This document shows positions 22,781 through 35,638 of a stretch of 64,000 nucleotides of DNA, piece after piece (positions within the stretch are counted from its first letter, which is position 1; every line of letters starts with the position of its first letter). The notes beneath the pieces are model-generated. The model searched no databases, was not told where the DNA came from, and saw only the letters and a program-made list of their open reading frames with translations. The stretch spans positions 1,056,001-1,120,000 of the forward strand of contig CAWCKY010000001.1 of assembly GCA_963796275.1 (NCBI GenBank). The letters run 5' to 3'. This DNA comes from an uncultured Acidobacteriota bacterium. GTDB lineage: Bacteria > Acidobacteriota > Blastocatellia > RBC074. A program made the position numbers and the translations under genes.

Positions 22781-25481
22781 TCATTCGTGTCGAAGTGCGA
22801 CCAGCGGATCGACCTTCATCGCCCGCCGTGCCGGTATCCAGCAGGCCGTTAAGGCCGCCAGCGCCAGAAACGCAGAAATGCCGATGAAGGTCAACGGATC
22901 AGCCGGCTTCACTCCAAACAGCAGGCTCTCCATCAGTCGCGTCAGCGCAAATGCCCCGGCCAGTCCTAATGCGACGCCGGTTGCCGCCAGCATCATTCCT
23001 TTCTTGAGCACGAGCCGCACCACATCTGAGCCCTGCGCGCCGAGGGCCAGGCGGATGCCGATTTCGCGGGTGCGCTGCGAGACGAGATAAGACATCACGC
23101 CGTAAATCCCGATGGCCGCGAGCGCGAGCGCCGTCAGGGCGAACAGGCCAGTGATCAGCAGCGTGAAGCGCTGGCCAGCGAGAGCCGATGATGCGATCGT
23201 TTCGAGCGTCTTCACCTCGGTGACCGCTACATCCTGGTTGAGCGAGCGGACTTCGCGGCGAACTGCTCCCATCAGAGCTCAGCGGATCGCTGCTGTTGTG
23301 AATGGCCAGAAACAGCTCCGGGGATGGTTGTTGTGTGATCGGCCAATAGAACGAGGGCTCGGCCCGTGGTGAATTGGGAAAGTCCTTTATATCGCCGACG
23401 ACTCCGACGACTCGCATCCAGTCTTCGTCTGTTGGCGGTTTGTCTCCGCTGGAGGCGATGCGCTTCCCGACCGCGTCTTCGCCGGGCCAGTATTTACGGG
23501 CCATGCTCTGATTGATCAGGATGGTAGGTTCCGTTCCCTTCGTGTCCCGCGCATCGAACCATCGTCCGGCGAGGAGCGGCACGCCGATCGTGCGCATATA
23601 ATCGGCGCCGATGAAATGATAGTCGGCTTGCGGCATCTGATTCGGCGGGAAGGTTTTGCCTTCCACCGGAAAGACAGCCTTATTTTCATAGCCGGTCCAC
23701 GGCAGGTCTGAAGTCACACCCGCTGAGAGCACGCCGGGCAGAGCAGAAACGCGCTCGACCAGTCGTTGGTAAAAGGCGGTCTGTTCCTCGGTCTCCATCA
23801 ATATCGCGGTGGGGAGAAAGACGCCCATCGTCAATACGCCTTCCGGTCTGAAGCCCGGATCGACCTGTAACAGCTTCACGAAGCTCCGCATCAGCAGGCC
23901 TGCGCCCACCAGCAGCATGAGAGCCAGCGCCACTTCGGCTATCACCATCCCGTCGCGCAACCTGCGCTGCCGTTTGCCGCCGGATGCCCCGCGCGCACCC
24001 TCCTTGAGTAGCTCGTTGATATCCGGTTTCAAGCTTTGTAGCGCTGGAGCCAGGCCGAACAGCAATCCGGTCAACAGACTGAGGCCGAGCGTGAAGACGA
24101 GCATGCGGCCGTCAATGTAGATCATATCCAGACGCGGTAGCTCCGCAGGACCGAGCCTGATGAGCACATTGACCGCCAACTTTGCCAGCAGAAACCCTGC
24201 CAGGCCGCCCAGCGTGGCAAGCAGCAGGCTTTCGGTTAACAACTGCCGGATGATGCGCGCGCGGCCGGCTCCCAGCGCGGCGCGCACCGCGATCTCACGC
24301 TCTCGTGAGGAGGCGCGCGCCAGCATCAGATTGGCGGTGTTCACGCACGCAATCAACAGGACGCAGAAGACTGCGGCCATCAGCACCATCAGCGTCGTGC
24401 GCGGACGTTCGGTGATCTCTTCGTGGAGCGATCGAGCCTCGATCCGCCGATCAGAACCGAGGAACTCTTTCTTTACTAACTCCCCGGCTATCGCGTTGAA
24501 TTCCGCTTCGGCATGTTCTCGGCTGATGCCGGGTTTAAGCCTGCCGATAGAGTTCATGATCAGCGCATCTGCACCCCAAGCCCTTTTGCGTGTTAGCCAC
24601 AGCGGCCACCAGATGTCGACACTATGGCCGTGTGGTAGTGGGCGATATCCACCGCCGACGTGCTGCAATCCGGCAGGCGCGACGCCGACGATCGTGAACG
24701 TCCTACCTGCCAGCCTTATCTTCTTTCCGATGATATTTGGATCGCTCCTGAAACGGCGCTGCCACAAACCGTGACTGAGCACGACGACCGATTTCTCATA
24801 TGATAGCTCTTCATCGACGGTGAATTCGCGGCCCAACATCGGCGGGATGCCGAGCGTCCGGAAGAAACCCGATGATATGCGCATCCCGAAGAGCCGTTCT
24901 GCCCCTGCTGCCCCCGCTGCCCTGTGTGCTCCGTTTGCCTTGTTTGCCCCGTCCTCCTGTGAAAGTTGCAAATCCTGTCGCAAGTAACACGCGAGAGATT
25001 CAAATACGGTGTTGTGTTCGCGGAAATCTATGAAGTTGACGGGAGACATCGGGGCCATGGGGAAGTGACTGGTGCTTGTATAGACGCGCACCAATCGTTC
25101 GGGCTCGGGGTAGGGCAGCGGTTTGAGCAAGACTCCATTGACGACGCTGAAAATGGCGGTGTTTGCGCCGATGCCGAGCGCCAGCGTGAGGGCGGCGACG
25201 AGAGTGAAGCCTGGATTCTTCAACAGCATTCGCGCGCCGTAACGCAAGTCCTGAAACATCTCTTCCTCCATTCTTTTCGGTTGCAGCCAGAGCGCATCCG
25301 CAAACGCGCCCAAGCTGTGCCATAGCAAAGAGAGTTTGTTTTGCCAGTCGAGCTTGTCCCATGCGACCAGCAGCGTTTCGCGGTAACGCAATTCAGCTTC
25401 CCATTCCTGCCGCCAGCCGGCGCGCAGCCGGCGAGGCACGATGACGCCGATGAATCTGACGAGCCAGAGATGATGTCTCAC
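22781..25481 (-). CDS. ADOP-family duplicated ABC permease; one frameshift near 23275
   Basis: Same motifs; the C-terminal FtsX part is in ORF 22781-23272. Confidence 0.87.
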
Positions 25482-25498
25482 TATTACACCTCGGTAAC

Positions 25499-25644
25499 GC
25501 CTGGGTACGCACGCTTCCAGCGTGCCGAGCTTCGATCGATGGGCCTCTAGAGATGACCTAGCACGCTGGAAGCTGCGTACCCAGGCGCTTCAGGCGGAAT
25601 GTCTCGGCACCGAACCCTTCCTTCTGAAGGCGGTACTATGAACT
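25499..25644. repeat. REP-like element pair
   Basis: CCTGGGTACGCACGCTTCCAGCGTGC..GCACGCTGGAAGCTGCGTACCCAGG plus TCAGGCGGAA..CTGAAGGCGGTACT. Confidence 0.75.
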
Positions 25645-25647
25645 TTT

Positions 25648-28368
25648 TCATTCGTGCCGTAACGCAGCCAATGGATCAATCTTAGTAGCGCGCCGCGCCG
25701 GAACGTAACAGGCAAGCAATGCCACCGCAGACAGCGCCAGCGGCACTACCACAAAAGTGATCGGATCGTGCGCACTCACTTCGTAGAACAGATTTCTCAC
25801 CACCCGCATAACCGCCAGAGCCGCTACCAGTCCGAATGCCAAGCCTGCGAGTGTCAGCCGCATGCCATGTCTGATGATCATCTTGAGCACGTCAGGCGCC
25901 CGCGCTCCCAGGGACATTCGTATACCGATTTCGCGTGTCCGCTGTGCCACGGCATAACTCATGACGCCATACAATCCGATGGCGGCGAGCAGCAGGCCCA
26001 AGCCTCCGAGCGAAGTCAGCAGTCCTGCCAACATCTTGGGGCCGAAATACTGAGGGTCGACGTGCTCGCGCAAGGTAATGATTTTTATTGGCAGGTTCGG
26101 GTCCAGCGCCGCGACTTCGCGCCGGAGGGCGGAGACTGTGGATGTCTCTTTTGCGTCAGTTCGCACCAGTGCCTGAAATGCCGGAGAAAAATTTTGAGAG
26201 ATCGGCGTCCATATCCCCTCGCGTTTCTCGCCTATCAGCCAGGCGGTTTTACTGTCGGCCGCCACGCCGACGATTGCCGTCAACTGAGCATTCTGGTCGG
26301 AGCCGATGCGAATATGCTGTCCGATGACCTCGCCGATGTCTTTGAGGTTGGGCCAGTGACGGCGCGCCATCGTCTCGTTGATTATCACAACGCGCTCCGA
26401 CGAAGCAGTATCCTGGCCCGTGAAATCGCGGCCGCGCAGTAATGGAATGCCCATCGTCCCGAAATACTGCAGGCCGATGTTTTGCTGCACGGCGTTCATT
26501 GGCCGTCCATCTGCTGGCGGAGGCTGGCCCTCGATGCTGATGTTCGTGAACCCCCATCCCCAATCTACCGGGATGTGATTAGCGATCGTGATTGAACGGA
26601 CGCCAGGCGTCGTGGCGAGCCGTTCGACAAGCTGAGTGTAAAACAGCTGCCCGCGCTCTTTATCGTACTTCAGCATGCCGAGATCGAGCGTCATCACCAG
26701 ACCATTGTCGGTGTCGAAGCCGAGATCCATCGACTGAGTATTGCGCAAGCTGCGAGTGGACAAGCCGGCGCCGATCAGTAGCGTGAGCGACGTGGCGATC
26801 TGTGCGACGACCAGCGAATTGCGCAACGAGAACCATTTCCGCCTGCCGCTCATCCCCGGCTCGTCCTTCAGCGCCGAAACCACGTCAGGTTTGGTCGCCG
26901 CCCATGCCGGAGCCAGGCCGAATATCACGCTGGTCAATATCGACAGCATCAGCGTCAAGCCGAACACACGCCCGTCCAGCCGCAATTCCACTTCGAGCGC
27001 CACAGATGCTCCTGGAAGCGGCATTTGAATCGACATCAATAGTTGATTGAGCCAGAAGGCGAGCAGCAACCCGCCGGCAGCGGCAAGGAGCGAAAGCAAC
27101 AGGCTCTCCGTCAACAACTGGCGAATGAGGCGCAGGCGGCCCGCGCCTACAGCCAGTCGGAGCGCAATCTCTTTTTGCCGGGCGGCGCCGCGCGCCAGAA
27201 GCAAATTCGCCACATTTGCGCACCCGATCAATAAGACCATCCCAGCAAGGACCATAGCCAGTATTATCCCCACCGCCATCCTTTTCCGGAGGCCCGAGAA
27301 TAACGTTCCTTGCGCGGGTGCGAGAGACAGCGGGAGTGCACGCCAGGAGTCTTCTTTTTCATCGGATGACGGAGGGTAATCCTGCAGCAATTGGTGATTG
27401 ATCGTGTTCAACTCGGCTTCGCCTTGCGCGCGCGAAAAGTTCTCTTTGAGGCGCCCGATTACAAAGAACCCCACATTGCGGGAGGTTAATGTTGGCGGCT
27501 GGTTTGGCTTCGCCGCCGCTTGCATCATCATTGGAATCCAGAGATCGGCGCGTAGCGGGTTCGAAATCCCCACGAAGCCCGGCGCCGCAACGCCGATCAC
27601 GGTGAAGCTTTGATTGTTCAACGTTACTGTTCTTCCGATCAATTGCGGGTCGCTGCCGAACTCGCTGACCCAGAAATCGTGGCTCACAACAACGACCGGA
27701 TGCGCGCCTGGCGTTCGGTCTTCATCGGGGAGGAACGCGCGACCATGCGACATAGGCACGCCCAATACTTCGAAGAAATTCCCCGTGACCAGTTCTCCCG
27801 ACATCAGCCGGCTTCGCTCCCCATTGCCGAACGCAAGAAAGGCCGGCTCAAATGCCGCTAATCCGGACAATGACTGGCTGCGATCGCGGTAAACGATATA
27901 GTCCGGATAGGAACTCGGCCAGATCATTCCGTCGCCGCGCACCAGCGTGAAGAGCCTGTCGTTATCAACCCCCGGCAGTGCGCGCCACAGAAACGCATCG
28001 GCCAAACTGAAGAGGGCCGTATACACGCCAATGCCCAATGCCAACGACAACACCGCTATCGCCGTGGATCCTTTGTGCTTCAGCAGCATTCGGGCGCCAT
28101 AACGCAAATCTTGAAACATTTCGTCCTCCAGTCTTTTCGGTTGTAAACAGAGCGCATCCGCAAACGCGCCCATGCTGTACCTCAGCAACGAGAGTTTGGT
28201 TTGCCAGCCGAGCCTGTCCCATTCGGCCAGCAGCATTTCGCGGTAACACAATTCCGCTTCCCACTCCTGCCGCCAACTGGAGCGCAGCTTTCGCGGTATG
28301 ATCACGCCGATCAAAGCGATTAGTCGGATGTGGATTCGCACGCTTCGTTTTAAAGTCTGGTCAGCCAT
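25648..28368 (-). CDS. ADOP-family duplicated ABC permease
   Basis: Intact 906 aa; [31 protein letters not shown]. Confidence 0.92.
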   Translation of the reverse strand: MADQTLKRSVRIHIRLIALIGVIIPRKLRSSWRQEWEAELCYREMLLAEWDRLGWQTKLSLLRYSMGAFADALCLQPKRLEDEMFQDLRYGARMLLKHKGSTAIAVLSLALGIGVYTALFSLADAFLWRALPGVDNDRLFTLVRGDGMIWPSSYPDYIVYRDRSQSLSGLAAFEPAFLAFGNGERSRLMSGELVTGNFFEVLGVPMSHGRAFLPDEDRTPGAHPVVVVSHDFWVSEFGSDPQLIGRTVTLNNQSFTVIGVAAPGFVGISNPLRADLWIPMMMQAAAKPNQPPTLTSRNVGFFVIGRLKENFSRAQGEAELNTINHQLLQDYPPSSDEKEDSWRALPLSLAPAQGTLFSGLRKRMAVGIILAMVLAGMVLLIGCANVANLLLARGAARQKEIALRLAVGAGRLRLIRQLLTESLLLSLLAAAGGLLLAFWLNQLLMSIQMPLPGASVALEVELRLDGRVFGLTLMLSILTSVIFGLAPAWAATKPDVVSALKDEPGMSGRRKWFSLRNSLVVAQIATSLTLLIGAGLSTRSLRNTQSMDLGFDTDNGLVMTLDLGMLKYDKERGQLFYTQLVERLATTPGVRSITIANHIPVDWGWGFTNISIEGQPPPADGRPMNAVQQNIGLQYFGTMGIPLLRGRDFTGQDTASSERVVIINETMARRHWPNLKDIGEVIGQHIRIGSDQNAQLTAIVGVAADSKTAWLIGEKREGIWTPISQNFSPAFQALVRTDAKETSTVSALRREVAALDPNLPIKIITLREHVDPQYFGPKMLAGLLTSLGGLGLLLAAIGLYGVMSYAVAQRTREIGIRMSLGARAPDVLKMIIRHGMRLTLAGLAFGLVAALAVMRVVRNLFYEVSAHDPITFVVVPLALSAVALLACYVPARRATKIDPLAALRHE

Positions 28369-28566
28369 TGGTCTTAGTTCGGCTTTAGTCGCGTAGGGCC
28401 TCTACTCACGGCGCAATGCCACCAGCGGATCCGTCAGCCGGAATGTCTCGGTTACCGGGCTCTTCCACCTGATGGTGCAGCGAAGATCGTGATGGTTATT
28501 CTCGGCACAATAACCTCCGTTCAGCTTTCCATAGCAAACGCGGTAGGCGCGATTGCCCCGTTGCCC

Positions 28567-31338
28567 CTACTCATAACGTAAGGCCACAAGCGGATCCACG
28601 CGCGTTGCCCGGCGCGCCGGCAGGTAGCCTGCTACAACAGCGACAGCCAACAGCGCTAGCGTAGCCAGACAAATGGTGAAGGGATCGGCTGCGCCGATTC
28701 CGAAGAGTTGACTGGAAACTAGCCGCGCCGCCGCCAAAGCGGCTGGAATCCCGAGGGCGGCGCCGATCAAGGTCAGCCGCAGCGCGTCGCGCAGCACCAG
28801 CCACAGCAGGTCACTACGCTCGGCGCCCAGGGCCATGCGAATGCCGATCTCGTTCGTGCGGCGCGCTACGGCATAAGACAAAATGCCGTACAAGCCGAGG
28901 CACGAGAGAAATAATGCCAGCAAACCAAAGACGCTCGACAGAGTCGCGACGAGGCGTTCCTGCGTGAGCGAAGCAGCGACCTGTCCCTCCAGCGTCTCGA
29001 CTTCAAACATCGGCATGATTGGGTCGAGCGCCCGCGCCTCGCTCTGTACAGCTGCGGCGAGCGGCGTAGGATCGGCAACGGTTCGAACGATCAGCGTCAT
29101 CTGTCCCCGGCCGGTGTTTGCCTGATTGAAGGGAAGGTAGTACATCGGGCGATCCTCTTCGCGAAGACTCTTGTACTTGGCGTCCTTAACCACCCCGATG
29201 ATTTCGATCTCACCGCTTCGTTCGGGAATCCCAATGCCGAAGCGCCGCCCGAGTGGGTTCTCGTTCCCCCAGAAATGGTGTGCCATGCTTTCGTTGATCA
29301 CCGCTACTTTCTGCGCTTCCCAGTCGTCCTGTTCGGTGAAATCGCGCCCGGATACGAGCGGGATGCCAAGAGTGCCAAATGAGTTTGGGTAGACTTGCAT
29401 CCAATGAACTCTCGTCTCTTCGCCGGACTGCGGCGTATAGCCGCGCACATATATCACCTGGTTGAGGTCAGCATCTTGACCCATCACTGCCCATTCGCGT
29501 CGGCTGATCGGGCTGTACCCGACTAGACTTGCCTGTCGCACGCCCGGCAACTTTTCCACGCGGCTCACCAATTCTTCGTAGAGAGCATTGAGCCGAGGTA
29601 AGACGTGCGCGCGCGTCTTTCTATCACTCTCCACCGGTTCGAGCCTCAACACCAATATGTTTTCACGGGCAAAACCGGCATCAACCTGCTTCAACTTCTG
29701 CAGGCTCCGCATAAACAGGCCGGCACCGACAAGGAGCATCAATGACAATGCGACCTGTGCAATGACGAAGACCTGGCCGAAGGTTAAGTGTGCGCCGCGT
29801 CTGCCATACCACTGCGAATCGTTCTTGAGGGTGGCTTGCAGGTCGACGCGCGTCGCCCAGAATGCCGGCGCGAGGCCAAACAACAATCCAGTCAGCGTAG
29901 CCACCGCCGCCGTAAAGCCGAGCACACGGGTGTCAGGGCTGAGGTCGAGATGGAGTGGAAACTCTCCCTGAGACAGTAGGGGCAACAGCAGCCTGGTTCC
30001 CCAATAGGTGAAGAGCAGACCGAGCAGGCCGCCCAGAACGGCAAGCAGAACGCTTTCGGTAAGCAGTTGCCGGATCAGCCGCAGGCGGCCGGCGCCCAGA
30101 GCCAACCGAACCGCGATCTCTTTCCGCCTCGCCGTCGCGCGCGTCAACATCAGGCCTGCCACGTTTGCGCAGACGATCAACAGCACTAAAGCTACGGCGC
30201 TCATCAGGACAAACAGCGATTGTGAGAACTGCCGCCGTAATTCAGACAAGCCTCTGCTGCCCGATACCAAGGTTAATCGCGGTTCGAGCATGGATTGACT
30301 GGGCTGTTTTTTCCCCTTCGGCGAATCTGATAAGCGTGCGAACCGGTCGGCGAGAAACTGCTGATAGACCAGTTTCAAACCGGCTTGAGCCTGATCGATC
30401 GTGACCCCGGGCTGCAACCTTCCCATGACACTGAATCGGTCTCCACCGTACTGCATAAATGATGGAATCCCCGGAGTCACTTGCTCCTGCATCGTCACCG
30501 GGATCGAGATGTCCAATGAACTCCCGACTTCCAACCCGTAGAATTCAGGTGGCGTCACACCGATGATGGTGAATGGCGCACCGCTGAGATGAATCGTCTT
30601 CCCCACGATAGCAGGGTCGCGCGCGAAGCGCTGCTGCCAGTAGTTATGACTGATGACGCAAACAGGCGATGCTCCGGGCGCCCGGTCATCGTCTGGGATA
30701 ATCGTGCGGCCCAGCGCCGCGTTGACGCCCAGAACTGCATAATAATTTCCTGTCACGATCTGACCGGAGACCGCCGGCTCTGGCCGGCCGTCCACGCTCA
30801 CGGTCATCCGCAGCGGGTAGTATCCCAATATCCCGGATAAGACATCATTGTGATCATGGAACCTTTGATAGGCGCTATAAGAGAATCTACTGCTTACCGT
30901 ACGGCTGTTGGTATGACTTAGCAGGACTAGTTGCTCCGGATTTTTGACCGGGAGCATTTTCAAGAGCACCGCATCGATCAGGCTGAAGATCGCCGTGTTG
31001 GCGCCGATGCCCAACGCCAGGGTGAGAACGGCCATACAAGTGAAACCGGGATTCTTCAGCAACATTCGTATGCCGTAACGCAAGTCTTGAATCATCTCAT
31101 CCTCCCATCTTTTCGGTTGCAACCAGAGCGCGTCCATCAATGCTCCCAGGCTGTGCCGCACAAGATCGAGTTTGTTGCGTGCGTTGAGATTGTCCCAATC
31201 GGCCAGCAGCGTTTCGCGGTAATGCAATTCGGCTTCCCATTCTTGATGCCAATCGGCGCGCAAGCGGCTCGGTACGATCACACCGATGATGCGTATCAGC
31301 CGGATCCAGGGCCGCCAGTTACTTCTACGCCACCGCAT
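28567..31338 (-). CDS. ADOP-family duplicated ABC permease
   Basis: Intact 923 aa, same motifs. Confidence 0.92.
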   Translation of the reverse strand: MRWRRSNWRPWIRLIRIIGVIVPSRLRADWHQEWEAELHYRETLLADWDNLNARNKLDLVRHSLGALMDALWLQPKRWEDEMIQDLRYGIRMLLKNPGFTCMAVLTLALGIGANTAIFSLIDAVLLKMLPVKNPEQLVLLSHTNSRTVSSRFSYSAYQRFHDHNDVLSGILGYYPLRMTVSVDGRPEPAVSGQIVTGNYYAVLGVNAALGRTIIPDDDRAPGASPVCVISHNYWQQRFARDPAIVGKTIHLSGAPFTIIGVTPPEFYGLEVGSSLDISIPVTMQEQVTPGIPSFMQYGGDRFSVMGRLQPGVTIDQAQAGLKLVYQQFLADRFARLSDSPKGKKQPSQSMLEPRLTLVSGSRGLSELRRQFSQSLFVLMSAVALVLLIVCANVAGLMLTRATARRKEIAVRLALGAGRLRLIRQLLTESVLLAVLGGLLGLLFTYWGTRLLLPLLSQGEFPLHLDLSPDTRVLGFTAAVATLTGLLFGLAPAFWATRVDLQATLKNDSQWYGRRGAHLTFGQVFVIAQVALSLMLLVGAGLFMRSLQKLKQVDAGFARENILVLRLEPVESDRKTRAHVLPRLNALYEELVSRVEKLPGVRQASLVGYSPISRREWAVMGQDADLNQVIYVRGYTPQSGEETRVHWMQVYPNSFGTLGIPLVSGRDFTEQDDWEAQKVAVINESMAHHFWGNENPLGRRFGIGIPERSGEIEIIGVVKDAKYKSLREEDRPMYYLPFNQANTGRGQMTLIVRTVADPTPLAAAVQSEARALDPIMPMFEVETLEGQVAASLTQERLVATLSSVFGLLALFLSCLGLYGILSYAVARRTNEIGIRMALGAERSDLLWLVLRDALRLTLIGAALGIPAALAAARLVSSQLFGIGAADPFTICLATLALLAVAVVAGYLPARRATRVDPLVALRYE

Positions 31339-31347
31339 GACTTCACC

Positions 31348-31683
31348 TCAGCTTTTCTCGCCCGCCGGCTTGAGATCACTCGTAGACGTCGGCTCTTCGA
31401 GTCGTTCGAGCAGCCGGAACCGCTTGCGCGCGGCCTCGAGGGCCTCGCTTCCGGTCTTCGTCACTTCGTAATACTTGCGCGCCGGTCGCTGCTCCGCCTG
31501 CGCGACGCTCTGCCGCTCCCACTTCGATGTCACGTATGCCGCATCCTCCAGCCGCCGCAGCGCCGGATAGACCGTGCCGCTCGCCAGCCCCGTCACCGTC
31601 ATCACCTCGAACCCGTACCGGTAACCGTTCTCGATCGCCTGCAGGATCAGCGCCATCGTGTAGGAAAAATATACTTTCCCCAT
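31348..31683 (-). CDS. PadR-family transcriptional regulator
   Basis: [25 protein letters not shown]. Confidence 0.9.
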   Translation of the reverse strand: MGKVYFSYTMALILQAIENGYRYGFEVMTVTGLASGTVYPALRRLEDAAYVTSKWERQSVAQAEQRPARKYYEVTKTGSEALEAARKRFRLLERLEEPTSTSDLKPAGEKS

Positions 31684-32011
31684 CCTTCACTCCTCCGATT
31701 CACTAAAAAGTGTTTATAGACACCTATACATATAATCATCTACATAGTGCTGTCAAGGATTGAGAGAATTAGGGGTAAATTTTTTATGGCTTCTATTATG
31801 GAAGGTTGCGAGGAATTTGCGAGGGGGGATGAAAGGGCCAGTTGAGAAGGCCTGATTCACTGCGGAGGCGCAGGGAGCGTTGGGAGACATAGAGGTTAGC
31901 TGGATTTTCAGTTATCGCTCTATGTTTTCTCATCGTCCTTCGCGCCTGCGCGGTGAATCTGCTCACAACGGAGCTGAACCATTGAAATCGAGAAGACGAA
32001 AAATATTGTTA

Positions 32012-32611
32012 TTATTTCAAAGCTTTCTCGATCGCCTGGGCGATCTTATCGCTCTCGGGTTTCTCTCTTGTTGAAAAGCGGTCTACAACTTTACCCGTGC
32101 GATCGACCAGGAACTTATTGAAATTCCATGAAATGTCGCCGCTGAATTCGGGATTTGTCTCTTTGCTGGTGAGGAACCGGAAGAGCGGGTGAATATCATC
32201 TCCAGCGACCGAGATTTTTGAGAACATCGGGAATGTTACATTGTATCTGGTCGAGCAGAAGGTCTTGATCTCCTCATCCGTCCCGGGCTCCTGCCCCATG
32301 AAGTTATTAGCCGGAAATCCCATCACGACCAGCCCTTGATCTTTGTATTTCCGGAAGGTGCTCTCCAGCCCTTCATACTGCGGCGTATATCCGCATTTGC
32401 TCGCGACATTGACCATCAGCAGCACCTTCCCCCGATAGTCGTCCAATTTGACGTCCTTGCCGTCGATATTTTTCATGGTGAACTCGAGTACTGATTTTTC
32501 GGCCATCTTCACACTTTCATTCTCTGCAGTTTTATTGATTCGCGTCAGCGCGAGTGAAGCTGATGTAATAATAAGAATCGCGATTCCGAGCAGTGCAACC
32601 TTTGTTTTCAT
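32012..32611 (-). CDS. Glutathione peroxidase family protein (exported)
   Basis: VNVASKCG, GFPANNF..QEPG, WNFNKFL. Confidence 0.93.
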   Translation of the reverse strand: MKTKVALLGIAILIITSASLALTRINKTAENESVKMAEKSVLEFTMKNIDGKDVKLDDYRGKVLLMVNVASKCGYTPQYEGLESTFRKYKDQGLVVMGFPANNFMGQEPGTDEEIKTFCSTRYNVTFPMFSKISVAGDDIHPLFRFLTSKETNPEFSGDISWNFNKFLVDRTGKVVDRFSTREKPESDKIAQAIEKALK

Positions 32612-32933
32612 TTATTCCCTCTGAATTGGTTTTTATATGGTTTACGCTACTACAAAAGTAAACCCTCGATAAATTCGATAAATTTGTGAGCGAACGGTGG
32701 GGGCCTACTGAATATTGTGATTACGCGACATTTTCAATCGAATCTCGGTCGATTGAAGTCTTATGCTTTTCTCACCCGGCAGGCGAGACATTTATACGCC
32801 TGTTGCCCGGAAAGATTGTCATAATATCTGTCGTCTAGCAAATAGTTGGCCGGGCTAGCTCAATCGTCGCAGCGCAGTCGCTGCGCGCGCCTGTAGGCTA
32901 CGCGATGGAATAGCGCTTTATAAAAATCCGAAT

Positions 32934-34064
32934 TCAAAATGAACGAAACGAGAGTAATAGCCAATAACCCACACCAGCCAGGATAGCCGCGACCGGGAGA
33001 GTGAGAACCCAGGATAGAACGATTCCCATGACAACACGAACATCTGCTTGCCTGGTCACCAGGCCGATGCCGAAGAGAGAGCCGACCGAGACGTGAGGTG
33101 TCGATACTGGCAGACCAAGGCGGCTGGCGAAGATGACGAGCAGCGCGGTGACCAGATTCGAAGTGAATCCCTGCCCATGATTGAGCCGCGTTATCTTCTG
33201 GCTCATAGTGATCGCCACCTTCCGGGCGTTGAGCAGGCCGCCGATCGCCATTCCACCCGCGACGGCGAGCATCCCCCACTTAATTCCCAGGCCCTCGATG
33301 ATCAAAAGGAGCGCGACGATCTTGGGCGTGTCATTCAACCCGCGCGCAAAACTCATACTGCCGGCGCTGATGAAATGGGCAGTGTCCAGGGCCTGTTGTG
33401 CGCTGATCCCAGCCAGCTTGCCTCGATAGCGCTGTGTGCAATTCTCCCGCGTGGCAATTTTGATATCCGGCAGTGAAATACGACCGAAAGACAAGACGGA
33501 GGCCGGCTCGGAGATGGGAATCAATTGTTCTTTCTCACCCACGCAGAGACACCACTCTTTCGTTACGCCCAGCCGGATGCGGACGGCGCGCGCCACAACA
33601 TAGGCTGCAGCCCCCAAACATACAGCGATCAATGGACTGACGAGGAGCGGGAGAAAGAAAGAGCCGCCGAGCATGGCGAAATTGACTTCTCCCCCAACTG
33701 ATGCCAGGCCGCTTCCCACCAATGCCCCGGTCAGTCCATGCGTGGTAGAGACGGGGAAACCGAAGACGGTCGCCAGCATTACGGTCAACCCTGCTCCCAG
33801 CGCTACCGACAGCAGGAAGTCGGGAGAACCTATAATTGCGTCAGGGACTAGCCCTTTGCCTGAGAAATTTCTGACCAGAGTTTGGGCTAAAAAAATCGAA
33901 CTGACCGATCCGGCGAAGGTCGTGATCGTCGCCCACCAGATGGCTTTCTTGTAGCTGGTCGTTTTGCTGCCGAAGAGCGTCGCCACACCCTTGAAATTGT
34001 CATTGGCGCCGTTCGAATAAGCTAAAAAACAAGTGACGAAGAAGAGGACGAACACGGTAACCAT
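32934..34064 (-). CDS. PiT-family inorganic phosphate/sulfate transporter
   Basis: NGAND, PVSTTH, GLND, PVSTPH. Confidence 0.9.
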   Translation of the reverse strand: MVTVFVLFFVTCFLAYSNGANDNFKGVATLFGSKTTSYKKAIWWATITTFAGSVSSIFLAQTLVRNFSGKGLVPDAIIGSPDFLLSVALGAGLTVMLATVFGFPVSTTHGLTGALVGSGLASVGGEVNFAMLGGSFFLPLLVSPLIAVCLGAAAYVVARAVRIRLGVTKEWCLCVGEKEQLIPISEPASVLSFGRISLPDIKIATRENCTQRYRGKLAGISAQQALDTAHFISAGSMSFARGLNDTPKIVALLLIIEGLGIKWGMLAVAGGMAIGGLLNARKVAITMSQKITRLNHGQGFTSNLVTALLVIFASRLGLPVSTPHVSVGSLFGIGLVTRQADVRVVMGIVLSWVLTLPVAAILAGVGYWLLLSFRSF

Positions 34065-34347
34065 AGGATTGCAATCGATGGGGCTCGAGTCATCCAGTCG
34101 TACTGGCGAGGGAATTTACCACAAAAAACGCAAAATTGGACAAAAACGCGCAAAGAAGGGAAATTGTGTATCTTTATTATATTTAGCTTTTTGCGGTACC
34201 CGAATGCCAATTCCAGCTCACATTGACATTCTACCTGAGTAGCTCGAGACTTGGCCGCTGCTCTATGGGATCAGTTCGACGATCCGGTCACCTATGTCGC
34301 GGTCTCTGTCTTTGCCACAGCAGTGGTTGATCGGCATTCTATTGGGC

Positions 34348-34885
34348 TCAATCGTGGCGGAGAGCCACCATCGGATCGACCTTCGTCGCCCGTCGCGCCG
34401 GCAGGTAACACGCCCCGAGGGCGACGGCGACCAGAGTGAAAGCAATCCCACTCATCGCCAGCGGATCGTGTGTGGGTAAGGTGGGGATCGCCGATGCCAG
34501 GAAGCGTGCCACTGCGTATGCGCCTGCGAATCCGAGCAATCCGCCCAGGAGGATCAGCAGAGAGCCTTTTCTCAAGACGAGCCAGAGCACATCGCGGGCT
34601 TGCGCGCCGAGCGCCAGGCGAATCCCGATTTCGCCAGTGCGTTGGACGACTGAATACGAGATCACGCCGTATAGCCCGATCGCAGCCAATCCGAGACCGA
34701 GCGCGGCAAAGGCGCCGAGCAGTGTGCCGAGGAGGGAAATACTTCCCAGACCTTGATCCACTATGCTACGCGCGGTTCGGATCCGGTACGCCGGCAAGCC
34801 GGGATCGAGTTCGGCGATGGCGTTTCGTAGTGAACTCCCGAGCGATTGCGGTGCTGCGGAAGTTCGTAATGCGATGTTCACGTTT
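34348..34885 (-). pseudogene. 3' part of an ADOP permease split by the transposon
   Basis: Joins in frame to the 45561-43651 part (..QTPSGNV|NIALRT..) once the element and one TSD copy are removed. Confidence 0.9.
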
Positions 34886-35638
34886 TGCTCTGGCTATCGA
34901 CATCGTTGGCACATATGGCGGATTAGCGATAGAACCCGTTTCTGACATCCAATGTCGTCGATGAAACGCGACGTGATCCCCATCTCGACAACTTCTCTGC
35001 CAGGCATTCTTCATTACAATTGAGAATGAGCTCCGAAATGGCAAATATTAATGTTTATGACATTGACACATTTGTTTCTGTTCCGAGTCTATTGCTTTAT
35101 AAACGAATGAAATTAATTCTCTGAATACGGGTAAATTTTTCCTTTTTTAGCGGTCATATAGACATGACGTGCACAGGATTTTTGAGTGCATACGGAAAAG
35201 TTCAGAAGATTATGCTTGACTCATATCTTTAATCGAAACTATATACATTTCGCATCATAGGTATCTCAACAGTAACACCACCGGCAGCCGTGTTTTGCCT
35301 GCTTCACAAAACCAGGAAGACGTATGAGATTACAATTACCGCCCGCCTCTGCCTTTCTCATGCTTGCGATCATCTATCCGTCCAACTTCAATACGCAACT
35401 CGCAATCCACCGAGACTTTCGATATTTCAAATTATGACTCTGTCGTCGGCGGTTATCCCATTATTTTGGTGATGGGCGCATCAAATAGTGAAGCTCTAAA
35501 ACAAGGCGCTGCAGCCGTTCAATCGCTGATCTTTGAAGCGCCGCCAAAAACAAAAGCGGACGAACTCACTCTAGGTTTGGTCGCCAGATGAATTCGCCCG
35601 CTTTCACAACAATCCCTACCCAATTCGGAGGAAATGTC